Shown: positions 49,990 through 63,250 of the stretch, piece after piece
How the letters are laid out: every line of letters starts with the position of its first letter
Numbering within the stretch: position 1 is the first letter of the stretch
DNA from: Octopus bimaculoides
Taxonomy: Eukaryota
Direction: 5' to 3'
Assembly: GCF_001194135.2 (NCBI RefSeq)
Contig: NC_068981.1
Location: 53,852,210 to 53,916,209, forward strand
DNA length: 64,000 bases
Notes under the pieces: model-generated
The model's input: only the letters and a program-made list of their open reading frames with translations
What the model was told of the DNA's origin: nothing
Databases searched by the model: none
Program-made: the position numbers and the translations under genes

Positions 49990-51320
49990 AAAGACGGGCT
50001 CACAGTGACGGACAAAAGGGAGTTGGGTGAGATCTTTGAAACCTTCTACACCAATCGTTTTAAATTATCACAAGTGTTAGACGAAGTACCACCCAGTCTA
50101 GGCACTGAAATTGCGAATACTTTAAATCCGATGAAGAAAGGATAAAACCCAGAAAGAGATGGTATAACAACAGAAATATTATAGAGAGGAGCAGCTGTAG
50201 AAAATCCTCGTTCTACATTCTAAATTCGATATTTAAAAGAAGGAAAATACTCTGTGGAAATTGTCACATAATATTTTTGCTTTATAAGAAAGGTGATTGG
50301 AAAAACCTGAGAGACTGTCGCCTCATATGCCACGTATCTCATCTCTGCACGCTGTTCACAAAGACCATAGTCACCAGGCTGTCGAAATATGCTGACGATT
50401 ACCAGCCGAGGGAGGGAACAAGTTTTCGAAAGAACTACAGCTTCTAACTTCTTGAATGAGCAAAACTATATAGGCTGCACTTTTGTGTCACCTTCGCAGG
50501 GTTCAAGAGGAGCCTTCAATACGCCGCTGAAGTCTCCTGGTGCTTTTCGGTGAGGTGAACTCAGGATGTACCATCGATTACCACTCGTAAAAGTTCCAGT
50601 CGGGAAGGGTGTAATCAGACAAGGAGATAGTATCTTGCCAAAATTCTTCATCGTATGTCTCGAAATAGTCTATCAGTAACATGGTGGCACCAAAATCAAT
50701 AACATGCTACAAACACATTTCCAATTTGCGGACGACATCGTGTTCATTGCAAAAACTTCAGATCAGCTGCAGATGATACTGACAAAGTAGATGCTCAGCG
50801 TTCAGCAGTAAGACTTCAATTAAACCGAATGTAAACAAAATGCATGCGGTCCGAAGTAGTAACACAAGGCCGAATAATTGTAGAAAGAGGTGAACGTGTA
50901 CGTCTGTTTAGGACAGACAGTAAATATATGCCGAAACACGAACGATGAAATTTCGCGCGAAGTAAAATCAAGGTGGAAGAATTTTTGCTCAATTGAAGAT
51001 GTGCTCAATGCACAGCTGGATAAGACTCTGCGTATCAATCTCTTCAGTAGCACTCTCTTATTCCGGACTGAGACGTGAGCTACTACGAGGAAGGAAGAAC
51101 AACGACTGTCAGCAACACAAAGGGCCATGAAAAATATCTACGCTCGGAATATCATTGTGGAACAATATCCGAAATTAGGTAATTGGAGAACGGAGTGGAG
51201 TGAACGCTGTGATCGCAGAATACCGAAAACAATTTCCGCTGGGCCGAACATGTCACAAGTTTCACAGACAACAGATGGACTTGTGTAGTTGTGTAATGGT
51301 ATCCAAGAGATCGAAAGAGT
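49990..51320 (+). mobile_element. Decayed RTE-1-type LINE reverse transcriptase
   Basis: DGITTEIL, FADDIVFIAKT, and VYVCLGQTVN...EISREVKSRWKNF...LRINLFSSTLL..ET (ORF 50890-51078), the typical RTE YLGQ/GSETW region. Multiple frameshifts. Confidence 0.85.
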
Positions 51321-53199
51321 CAACGTTCAGAGATGTTACCGTACTAGCTAAAGATTAGATTATCGTTTCCCTCACTACATTATTTCTAATTCTAATGACA
51401 TGGGAGCTCGTTACGTGAATCCATTATTTTATTTTGCTTTTGTTTTGTTGACTTAATCATTGTTCAGCAATATTTACCTCACCTCGATAAGGGTACAATA
51501 TTGAATCATGCTCGCCACATTAAATGTATAAGCACTGACGTCACCTTAGGAGTGGATAGCTATTCAAGACATTGTCTAACTAGCGGTGATCGGGAACATA
51601 TACCGATTTTATGAGTCATCGTAACTTGACAAAAGGCAAAATATTGTTTTATTTATCCTTAAGCTTATAGCTGGAAATTATCCGACCAGTTTTACTTCTT
51701 TATCATCTACAACCATATTTTGTATATTTTATTACCGACTAACGTGTTTGAATATTGCAGGTAAATTATTAGAATTTTATGGGACATATTTGGTGTCAGT
51801 TTCCTGCTTGGTCACTGTTTCAAGCAAAAGATCTTATTAATACTGAATATAGCAAACTCCATTCAAACGTACTTTTTTTATATTTAAAAAAAAGCATTAT
51901 TTTAAAGTTGACTGGCAACAAAAATGAAATGATTCTACTTTCAGTTTAACTTGAATTATTTTAAGTTCTTTGAAGATTTGGACAATTGGCCTGCCTCTCT
52001 TTCTCTCTCTCTCTCTCCCCCTCTCTCTCTCTCTNNNNNNNNNNNNNNNNNNNNNNNNNNNNNNNNNNNNNNNNNNNNNNNNNNNNNNNNNNNNNNNNNN
52101 NNNNNNNNNNNNNNNNNNNNNNNNNNNNNNNNNNNNNNNNNNNNNNNNNNNNNNNNNNNNNNNNNNNNNNNNNNNNNNNNNNNNNNNNNNNNNNNNNNNN
52201 NNNNNNNNNNNNNNNNNNNNNNNNNNNNNNNNNNNNNNNNNNNNNNNNNNNNNNNNNNNNNNNNNNNNNNNNNNNNNNNNNNNNNNNNNNNNNNNNNNNN
52301 NNNNNNNNNNNNNNNNNNNNNNNNNNNNNNNNNNNNNNNNNNNNNNNNNNNNNNNNNNNNNNNNNNNNNNNNNNNNNNNNNNNNNNNNNNNNNNNNNNNN
52401 NNNNNNNNNNNNNNNNNNNNNNNNNNNNNNNNNNNNNNNNNNNNNNNNNNNNNNNNNNNNNNNNNNNNNNNNNNNNNNNNNNNNNNNNNNNNNNNNNNNN
52501 NNNNNNNNNNNNNNNNNNNNNNNNNNNNNNNNNNNNNNNNNNNNNNNNNNNNNNNNNNNNNNNNNNNNNNNNNNNNNNNNNNNNNNNNNNNNNNNNNNNN
52601 NNNGGGAGGAGGAGGAGGAGGAAAAGAAGGAGGAAGAGAAGAAGAAGAAGAAGAAGAAGAAGAAGAAGAAGAAGAAGAAGAAGAAGAAGACGACGACGAC
52701 GACGACGACGACCTTGCAGTATTTAGTTATGTTATTTTGGGTTTGAAATCAAATCCTATCGGAGTCAACTTTACCTTTCACATATTCGGGGTTGATTAAG
52801 AAATACTCAGTTAATTTAATCGATGTTGCTATTCCTTGAGTACCACTACCAAAATACGTAGCTTTGTTAGAAATCAATATTTAATCGAAAGAGTCATTTG
52901 ATGGACGTTGTAAAATACGGCGAAACGAATTTCGATTTCCTGCGGAGACCAATTCATTTCGCTTGAAATAGAATGCTGTGTAACACGCATGCTTTTTCTG
53001 ACGGGCATATTTAGGAAAAAGATGGAATCTGGACAGTCAGATCTTTTCCTTAGGTATTTGTGGTGTTAAACTGGAAATTGGAATTAAGTCATGGTTCCAT
53101 ATCATTGAGAAGTTATCTCTTACTCTACGGCGCTTTTCTCTATGTTTTATAAATGGTTCTACTTTCATAAATGAAAGAGGAGACATTATTATTATTTTT

Positions 53200-53201
53200 A
53201 A

Positions 53202-53271
<70 letters not shown>

Positions 53272-53275
53272 TATT
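53200..53275. repeat. (TAT)n microsatellite (representative of many (CA)n, (GA)n, (TA)n, (CAT)n, (TCTA)n and (GAA)n tracts)
   Basis: Directly visible. Other examples: (TCTA)n 14930-15012, (GAA)n 52635-52690, (CA)n 58572-58664. Confidence 0.95.
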
Positions 53276-53524
53276 AAAATAGAGTTCAGCTAAGCTAGAA
53301 GAAAGAGCTTATTACAACATGAAATATGGAAATTTTACCAATTGGAATTATAGCCACAGTACATTGGCTGAAAGCATTCAAACATTGAAAGAGTTTTGCT
53401 GTAAAATCTCAAGTGATATATTGCAATTTCTCGGCAGTGCAACGATGGTGTATCGAACTTATCGTAGTTTTTGTTAAGTCCTAATTACAGTTTGCCTTTT
53501 AATATATCAATAGAAAAAGTAAGA

Positions 53525-53975
53525 CAGTGAGCTGGCAGAATCATTAACATGCCGGGTAAAATGCTAAACGACATTTCGTTCGTCTTTACCTTCTGAGTTC
53601 AAATTCCGCCGAGGTCGATTTTACCTTTCATGCTATCGTAGTCGCTAAGATAAGTGCCAGTTGAGCGCTGGGGGTCAATGTATTCGACAATACTCCCACC
53701 CGCGAAATTGCTGGCCTTGTGCCAAAATTTGAAACCAATATATCAGAAGAAAAAGTGGCAAGCTAGCAGAATCGTTACCACGCCGGATGAAATGCTTAGC
53801 GGTATTTCTTCCAAGTTCACATTCTGAGTTCAAAGTCCACTAAGTCACTTAGCTTTTCTTCCATTCAGGGTCGATAAAATAAAGTACTCGTCAAATACTG
53901 AGGTCAATGCAATCGACTTGTCCTCCCCCTCTTTAAATTGCTAGCCTTGTGCTAAAATTGAAAAGAATATTATAT
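53525..53975 (+). mobile_element. Two tandem SINE family A copies
   Basis: Both begin gctggcagaatc / gctagcagaatc and end ccttgtgc(c/t)aaaatt...aatat. Confidence 0.85.
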
Positions 53976-55107
53976 CAGAAGAATGGTATATTTAGAAAAA
54001 ATGATAGCCTTACGGAATTTAATTTTACCTCTCCGCATTCTAAGATCAGGTTCCTTGAATCAATTGGTCATTCGACCTGCTAGAAATAGGAGCTAAATCT
54101 CTGATCTATCGGCTTAACAAAGAAAGTGAGCCTAAAATGTAGAAGGGGTAGTTGTAGCTGAAACGCTTATATGACTAGCTTTTCTTAATCAGTTTTTGAC
54201 ATAGGCTAAAAAAAAATGCAAAACAATAACCAAAATCTAACATTCTAATATGATTTGAATGCCTTGGTTCTATGACGTAATGCTAGATCTACAATGCTAC
54301 AATACCGGACATTTATTTATAAAGAGAAAAAATAGGTAACACATTCGTACTGAACTTTTTTCTTCTCTCAACGTCAAATTTTTTGACTTAGTCGTTTATT
54401 AAGTCACCCATTGACATCGTTAAATGGACGCTTTCATTCTTGCCGAATTCATAAATCTGTTAATTCTTGGGTTCGATGATGACATTTCTAGAATGTTCTA
54501 GTCAACTGAATAAACGATACGAATTCTTTTAATCGTCTGACCATGCCGACCGAAGTAAATATTTGTTGATGAAAAACCTCTGACTTCACTCCTGAATGTG
54601 TATCTTATTTAATTGGGCTCTGTTCATACGAAAGGTTGAAGCTGTTTATTTATTTGGCTTCTACTGTTATACTTTTTGCCTCCTTCAAAGTTAAGACGTT
54701 GATGAGAGTAAATGTAAACATTGCATACATAGTCTAGATACTTTGTGAAGTGAGTGGCGGAGAACTAGTAAGCGTATCATGTTTTCCTTCTCGAGAATCT
54801 CTCACGAGACAAACACCCCGAAAATAATAAGACAGAGATATTTATATTAGACGTTTAGGGCGCCGCTATTAGCAGACGTTATTTGACCTGTTGGTCCTTT
54901 GAAACTGTGATTGTTGTCGACATTTTTGAGTATTTTAAACGAACTTTACACGAAAGTTATAAAACAAATATTTGCCCTTTGACTTAATAGCATTATACGT
55001 ATACATTCACACACATCTTTGTATGTACATTTGATTCTATGTAAGTATGCATTTACGTATGTATATATGTGTGTATGTGTATAAATGTACATCTATATAT
55101 ATGTATT

Positions 55108-55143
<36 letters not shown>

Positions 55144-55479
55144 GTATGTAGCTATGTATCTATATGCTTGTGACTGTGTGTGCATATATCGATAGGTAGA
55201 TATGTATATATGCATATATGTGCATATTTATAATATTAAATATATACTTACATTTATATATGTATATATGTACACACACACACACACACAGAGTTCACAG
55301 ATGATATCCAGAATTGAGACGCTAAATAGCTTATTGAACAAACCATGGCTGTTTGTTGACAACTTTTTCCACCTTGTAAGGGTATTTATTCATTATTTCT
55401 GCTGTTCTAACGGCAATACTGTGTTCGAAAAATTATCAACTTCTTGTATATATATAAAACAAATTAAAAGCATGGCTTA

Positions 55480-55992
55480 TTAGCAATTAGAACCTAAAGG
55501 CAAAATTAATAGGGGTCACAAAAATGACGGAGTGACTAACACTGCTTATGCTAAAATACGAGTTAAATTGACGCCAAAGCCACTAAAGCACTATACTTAA
55601 TGAGTGACAAAGGGAGGTAAGTTCCTAGCGTACATAGCCGTATCGCCATTTCGAATTTTGGTGTAGACAACCTTAATTTTCATCAGCCAAGGGTTAAACC
55701 CAACTTACTTTGTCAATCTTATAAGAATAATTGTTGAAATGTGCTGATTTTCAAAACGGTAAAAGTGTAAACAACAAATTAGCAATTAGAACCTAAAGGC
55801 AAAATTAATACAGGTCACAAAAGTGATGGACGTTGCTGACTAGCCCCACTTAGGCTAAAATAGAGTTAAATTAACTCCAAAGCCATAAAAGCACTATATT
55901 TAATGACTGAAGAAAGGGAAGTAAGGGAGGTACGAATTAAGGTAGTCTACTCCAAAAATCCAAATCGCGATACGGCTATGTATGCTACGGAC
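55480..55992. repeat. Direct repeat (about 145 bp x2) plus inverted repeat (about 59 bp x2)
   Basis: A 55480-55620 is similar to A' 55779-55925. B 55621-55679 is the reverse complement of B' 55934-55992. Confidence 0.8.
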
Positions 55993-56313
55993 TCTACTTC
56001 TTATTTAAGCGTAAGCGGTACTAGTCAGCACCCTCCGTCACTTTTGCGACCTCTATTGATATATATAAATATGTACAAGGAAAAAAAGTGAAGGTAGAAA
56101 ATGCTAAAATAATTTTATCATGAAAAACATTTTAGTACCCGTTTCAGTCATTGAGTCTTTTCAACTCTAAGTATGGAAAACAATTAAATTGCGGAAAAAT
56201 TAAATGAAAAGTTTTTTTTTAAATATTTCCATAGTATTCAAATACAAGGGACATTTTCCTTGTTTCTGCCTGTCTCTGTCTCTCTTTTTTTACTCTTGTA
56301 GGTTCGAGGCAGT

Positions 56314-56344
<31 letters not shown>

Positions 56345-56409
56345 AAAGGAATGCGGGATTGTTATGATAGTAGTAGGATGTTAAATGGTCAAGTGACCTA
56401 AAAGTGGCT

Positions 56410-58270
56410 CATTGTGGATGATAGTAGTGATTGGGACTGTTTTGAATGAATTCTTGGGTAGCTCTTTTGAATGTATCGTTTTTAATATTTGCGTGTGTTA
56501 TTCTATGGTCGTGGTGGATATGTCATTTGTTGTAGCTGCATTCAAAAGGGGTCTGTATTTTGTGATAAAGAACGACTCTTTACTAATTCGTTGGCTACAG
56601 GTTGTATCGTCCCTGAATTGATAGAGGGGAAAAATTCTGAAGCTAGGATTTTTGTTATTGGCGCAAATGTCGATGTGTTGACTGAATGCTATTTTTCTGT
56701 TTTTCGGAATTTTGATCTAGGATTTGTGTAGAGCCATCCTTTTTTGTTTGGCCTATGTATTGCGTATATCAGGTTCTCCGAAGCACATGTGAAGCTGTTT
56801 TTGACTGTGAAACTTTGTCCCTGTTTGAAAGAGAACTCTGATCCCTCAATTAAATCGACGCATATACCATTGTTGGGTCTTCCGCATTTTTGTACTAACG
56901 GTTTCAGTGTTTTTGATGAGGGTATTCGGGCTTGTGTTAGGAGACTTTTCATAGATTTGGGCTGTCTCTCGCTTTTTATGGTGTGTGTTTGGAGGATTAA
57001 GTTCATTCTGTGGTCCTTTTTTAGCAGGGGAGTGTTTTGAAGTATGGTGTCGAAGGCTTCATTGTTAAGAGGGTTGTGTGTGGAGATGTATGGTAGGGCT
57101 TTTGATTGTAAATCCTTTAATTTGGGATGTCTGAATTCGTGGATGTTGAGTTATAGGGCACGTTGAAAGCATATGTCAATTAGTGATGGTGGGTAGTTCC
57201 TGGTGATGACTGTATCCTTTAGTTCATGTAGTCGTGTGTCCCTGGTGCTTGCATTAGAAACCATAGTACAAATCCTTTTTGCTAGGTTGAAGGGGATATT
57301 CATTCTAGTGTGTCTGGGTGGCATGAGTTGAACAGTACATATTGCTTGGAGTCCGTGGGCTTATAACATATATCTGTTTCTATTACGTTGTTAGATTTCT
57401 TAATGAGGATGTGGAGGAAGGGAAGTTGTTGATGGCTATATTCCATCGTGAATTGAATGTTTACATCAAGTCCATTTATAAATGCTTGAAATGCTTAAAG
57501 TCCCTCTATACTTTCATGCCAAAGAATGAAACAGTCATCCAGGTATCTCTTCCAGCTATTTTCTATGTAAAGGGAGAATGAGTTGCCGTGTTTGTCTAGT
57601 ACCTGACGATAAAGACTAATTTCTAGATATCTCATGACTAGGTTAGCAAAGGAGGGAGCTATTCTCGAATTCTTTTTTGATGCGATGGGGGAGTTCGTTG
57701 GCGTAATTCTCTAGCCAGAATTGAATTGCCTCTATTCCTAGGTTGTGGGAGATATTGGAATAGATATTGAGACCTATTATAGGTCTCAATTAGGAGCAGG
57801 GACTTTGATTATTATGTCTGTGGCTTTCCTGTATGTATTACTTATTTTCTCACTTTTGTGTATCTTGGGAATACCGTAGAACTAACTGGTTTTACTTTTG
57901 AAATTGGTCATATAGTCATATTCTTTGTCGGTGAGCCCTTCTCTGTATAGGTTTAAGATGGATTTTAGGTCTCTCATTATTTTCTGCTGACTGTAGTGTT
58001 GAGCCGTTTCATAATATGTTGTGTCTTCTAATATGGATAGTACTAGAGTTATATAGAATACCGTGTCCATTAAGACAACTGCACTCCCTTTATCAGACTC
58101 TTTGATTGTTATTGTTTTGTTATCTTTTAATTTCTTCAGATCAGCCCATTCTTTTTTGCTGAAGTTTGGCCTGTGTTTTTGTTTGTGTATATGTTGATAT
58201 GGGTAATTCGAGATGTATTCACAGAAATGATCAAATCGGATAAATACATACGTGGAAACCATTTTTTAAT
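56410..58270 (-). mobile_element. Penelope-like element (reverse transcriptase plus GIY-YIG endonuclease), decayed
   Basis: ORF 57882-58262 has NFSKKEWADLKKLKDNKTITIKESDKGSAVVLMD, followed by FYGIPKIHK, IQFTMEY..LPFL and YKPTDSKQY..FNSCHPRH motifs. ORF 56689-57006 has KCGRP..C.DLI...FTCASENLIYAI (GIY-YIG region). Stops and frameshifts are present. Confidence 0.9.
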
Positions 58271-58590
58271 ATTTTGTTCCATTAGAAGCTGTATTAGAAT
58301 TAGATTCTCATCAAACAATATTATATTCCAACTCATTATATCTTAGCAACACATGTTTCTATTTCAATTAAAATTTACTTCTTTGATTAAAATTTAAAGC
58401 GATAATGAATACCATAATGAAAACATGACTTTCAATTCCTTGTTACATGAAAAGAAATCAGATATTTGGCTCTAACATGGCTCTCTGTTGTTTACGCTGA
58501 TTCTGCCGGTGAATATCCGTCCTATGTGTGGGCATATATGCATATCTGCATTTACTACACATGCATTTACATATATGTGTATATCTCCCG

Positions 58591-58664
<74 letters not shown>

Positions 58665-59138
58665 NNNNNNNNNNNNNNNNNNNNNNNNNNNNNNNNNNNN
58701 NNNNNNNNNNNNNNNNNNNNNNNNNNNNNNNNNNNNNNNNNNNNNNNNNNNNNNNNNNNNNNNNNNNNNNNNNNNNNNNNNNNNNNNNNNNNNNNNNNNN
58801 NNNNNNNNNNNNNNNNNNNNNNNNNNNNNNNNNNNNNNNNNNNNNNNNNNNNNNNNNNNNNNNNNNNNNNNNNNNNNNNNNNNNNNNNNNNNNNNNNNNN
58901 NNNNNNNNNNNNNNNNNNNNNNNNNNNNNNNNNNNNNNNNNNNNNNNNNNNNNNNNNNNNNNNNNNNNNAAAACACTGGCCCCAGATGCCATGCAGTGGG
59001 ACTGAACCCAGAAACATGTGGTTAAGAAATGGTAAACTTCTTATCATTCAACTACGCCTATTTTTAAGTATGTCAGTATGTGTATATGTATGTATATGTG
59101 TATATATACATATATATATAGATATATATATATGTATA

Positions 59139-59219
<81 letters not shown>

Positions 59220-59224
59220 ATGTA

Positions 59225-59530
59225 TGAAGGCACGTGGCTTAGCGTTTAGAGCATTCGGCTCACGATCGTAAAGTCGTGAGTTCAATTCACGGCGACGCGT
59301 TGTGTCCTTGAGCAAGACACTTTATTTCACGTTGCTCCAGTCCACTCGCCTGGCAAAAATGCGTAGTACCTGTATTTCAAAGGGCTAGCCTTGTCACACT
59401 TTGAGTCACGCTGAATCTACCTGAGAACTCCGTTAAGGGTACACGTGTCTGTGGAGTGCTCAACCACTTGCACGTTAATTTCACGAGCAGCTGTTCCGTT
59501 GATCGTGTCAGCTGGGGCCCTCGTCGTAGT
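59225..59530 (+). mobile_element. tRNA-derived SINE (family B)
   Basis: tRNA-like head (gcacgtggcttagcg...gtgagttcaattc), central ccttgagcaagacactttatttcacgttgctccagtcca domain, and a 3' part shared with 8030-8380. Confidence 0.8.
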
Positions 59531-60429
59531 ATCNNNNNNNNNNNNNNNNNNNNNNNNNNNNNNNNNNNNNNNNNNNNNNNNNNNNNNNNNNNNNNNNNNN
59601 NNNNNNNNNNNNNNNNNNNNNNNNNNNNNNNNNNNNNNNNNNNNNNNNNNNNNNNNNNNNNNNNNNNNNNNNNNNNNNNNNNNNNNNNNNNNNNNNNNNN
59701 NNNNNNNNNNNNNNNNNNNNNNNNNNNNNNNNNNNNNNNNNNNNNNNNNNNNNNNNNNNNNNNNNNNNNNNNNNNNNNNNNNNNNNNNNNNNNNNNNNNN
59801 NNNNNNNNNNNNNNNNNNNNNNNNNNNNNNNNNNNNNNNNNNNNNNNNNNNNNNNNNNNNNNNNNNNNNNNNNNNNNNNNNNNNNNNNNNNNNNNNNNNN
59901 NNNNNNNNNNNNNNNNNNNNNNNATGATCGTGTATAGAGGAATATATTATTTAAAAGAGTTCCAACTCTTTCTGGTTTTTTTTTATGTTTTATTTATATT
60001 CTTATAAAATTAATGTGGGATATAGAATATGGAATATATAATATAAATAGTGAAATGAAATGAAGTATTGAATGTCTTATTGAATATATGAAATATTGAG
60101 TATTAAATATAGAGTATTAAATATATAAGGACTAGTATACTTTCCTGCCTCATGGCAGTCATCAAGGTCCCACAGTACATCTGTCAGACGGGACAGTGGT
60201 TGAGCACTCCACAGCAAGTGGTTGAGCACTCCACAGACACGTGTACCCTTAACGTTGAAATTCCACTATCCAGAGTGGTCAAGTTCTCTCTTTCTTTTTC
60301 ACTTTTACTCTGTGCCCCTCGTACTGAATGCTTGTATGCGTTAATTGTACCGGTTCTTAAAGGTATTAACTGTGAGTCCCATATAATTCCTCTTGATACT
60401 ATCCGATAGTGTTATGCTAAATATCATCA

Positions 60430-60492
60430 TATGATTTTCTAAACAGAAGAGACATGATTTTCTAAACGGAAGGGATATGATTTTCTAAACGG
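60430..60492 (+). repeat. Short minisatellite (atgattttctaaac core x3, period about 23 bp)
   Basis: Directly visible. Confidence 0.85.
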
Positions 60493-62342
60493 GCAGTTTG
60501 AGGGATTTTGAAATTAAAAGTCGGCTGGTAGAGGTGAGGACCGTTTTGGTATATGTCTCAGATATAGCATGATATCCGAGTAGCGATGTCATCCAGACAG
60601 AAACTTCTTTGTTTTAACATTATTGGTTTTGAAAATTTAGTGGGCTTTATGCATAGTTGGGAAATAGGATTTTAATAGTTTTCAAATTAGAAAGTGGTTT
60701 ACTATCAGTTGGAAATGTCTAAAGACTGTAGACATAAAAGAACGTATGTACACCCCACCCCACATATATGATATGATTTGATGTGTGCAAAAGTTATGTA
60801 TATATTCATAAGCATTGACTTATATATGTTACTAGTACTTCACTACCCAGTAAACTGATGATAGTGATTCTGCAACCATTTAGCACCAAATTGCCAACTT
60901 ACACCCTACAAAATTTAATCATAGATAGACAGAAGTACAAGATAACAAGATTTAGAACGCCTTTGGGATCATGTCTATTCGTTAAGGCTGATTTAGGCCA
61001 AAACAACAATGATTCCTTGACTACAACAACAGTTCAAATCTACTGTGAAATATAAGTTCTATCAGACTAGATACATGTATAAGATATAGGTTCTACGGCC
61101 TTAAGGGCTGCATGTAGTAGCTTGGCATTGCTGCAATTTTATTGCAGAACTACCATTATCGTATAAAAATATACTTTTATGAATTTCTTTGGAATCTACT
61201 TTTAACATTATTTCTAAATGTTTTTTTTTTAAAGCTAAATATAAAACCTATAAATACAAATTATGTTATTTGTCTTATGCGACACATTCTTGGTAAACGC
61301 CTTTGAACTATGGTCTTAACAAATGCTAAATTTGTGTTGTTTTTTTAGTGTTATTGTTGTTGTTGCTGCTGCTGTTGTTTCACTCCAGTTTAGTTCTCAT
61401 CGACGACATCTATGTACGTAGATAACTTGTTTGAATTATGTGGTGCTATGCACAGTTTCAGGGCTCCAGATGTGCCTTGCCACCGTCTAACTGACAGCTG
61501 CATTTTACTTACTGAGGGAGAAAGAAAGCGCTCTTAAGAGAATGTTGTAATTTTCTAAAGTATTTTAGATATGCTTGTTTCTGGATGATGTCGCAAGTAA
61601 TGGCGGGGTTTGCAATGTTGGAGTTCACTGCAATAACAACTATGTCATCCGTATGGTGGTTTTCGATTTTTAATATTTTACTTTCGTGGTGCAAGCCCTC
61701 TTTGTGAAGCACGTGATGATTTGAAGTGAGGTATTTGTGTACTTTGCAGAAATTGGGAACTAGACAGAGCTGGCTTTAAAACTTGACGGATCGAATGAAA
61801 TGTTTGTAGATTAATGTTTTTGCTTCTTTATGTTGGCTAAATGCAAATCATCTAACTATCCGTGTGCGTTGTTCCCCTTCCCCCCTTAATTGAGTTTTCT
61901 ATACAGTATAAACTATATATCTGCTGCAGAGCTGGCTGCAAGTAATTTCATTACCTTTATCATCTATCTGTGTGGCATTGCCATATTGTTGATTGTTATG
62001 GCTGGTTATAATTGACGCTCTTTCTTCAACTTGCTGATGAGGAAGGGAGATGGTGGATTTGGTAAGTGCTAACATAAGTCTGTTGCATGGAGTTTAGTTT
62101 ATAGACTGTTATTCTAGTGTTGGAGTGGTGCAGCTGTGTCTTGGAAAATGACAGAAAGATATCATTCTGATGTTATCGTGATATGAGACTGAACATGTTT
62201 GAGAAGTTTCTGTAGGCACAGGTTGAGAGAGAGAGGGAGAGAGAGAGAGAGAGAGANNNNNNNNNNNNNNNNNNNNNNNNNNNNNNNNNNNNNNNNNNNN
62301 NNNNNNNNNNNNNNNNNNNNNNNNNNNNNNNNNNNNNNNNNN

Positions 62343-62398
<56 letters not shown>

Positions 62399-62399
62399 C

Positions 62400-63250
62400 A
62401 CATTTTGTAGCTACTCTTTCCGAGGAATTAAAAGTTCTAAATGTATTTTGACTTGTCGGCAAAAGAGGTAGTTTTCATGCCAGTGTTTTGTTTAGGGGGC
62501 ATTGAATATTTTGTGTCAGAGACAAAAGCTTTCCTGATGTCATTGGTTTTAAGCTTGATCCATGTGAGGTGCTTTTTCTTATTGAAGTCATCATGTATTT
62601 TTTGTGTAAGCTTAGTGAGTAGTACTATGGCTCAGTAAAGTATCTGAATCCTTCCAGAAATTTGGAGAGGTGTATAGTGATTCAATTTTAAATCTTTCTA
62701 ATATATTAGAGAATGTACGTTGGGGGATGAGCGATCTGTATGAAGCTCCTTCACTTGGTAGAAGGGTTGTGAAATTATTTTGATTTTGACAAATTTCCAG
62801 GTTCTGTGGATTTGGCAATTTTTGTACAAGTAGTTGAGAAATATTGATGAGTGCAATGATTTCTTCAGGTTCTATATCTTTCAAATCTGTACCAAGCGGA
62901 CACATCGATTTACTCAGTAAGAATTCACTGTTAGAAATTGGTAAGGTAATTTTTTTCTTGTACCAGCTTCCAACAATCGAATCCCTTTCTTGTACTAATG
63001 TGCGACAGATATTGCTCTTGATACTTTATGTCAAGCCGCACTTACCTTGATTAAACTTCTTTATCTCATTTCAGATGTCCTCCAGAATGTATACAATTCC
63101 TCGAAAGAAGGGGTTTCTGCGATTTTTTAATGATTGTGTCTTTAACTCGAACGAATTTATTCTTAATTACAAACTTGTAATCAGTTCAAATATGCTTGAG
63201 GAATATTCGAACTCGTAAAAAAGCTATTCACTGTATTTTGTCATGGAGTA
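62400..63250 (-). mobile_element. Decayed non-LTR retrotransposon fragment (R4/Dong-like reverse transcriptase N-terminal region)
   Basis: Minus-strand remnants ETPSFEELYTFW and SPNFWK, resembling the EEFWxxIW and IHNFWLK patterns. Heavily interrupted and split by a (GA)n gap. Confidence 0.35.
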
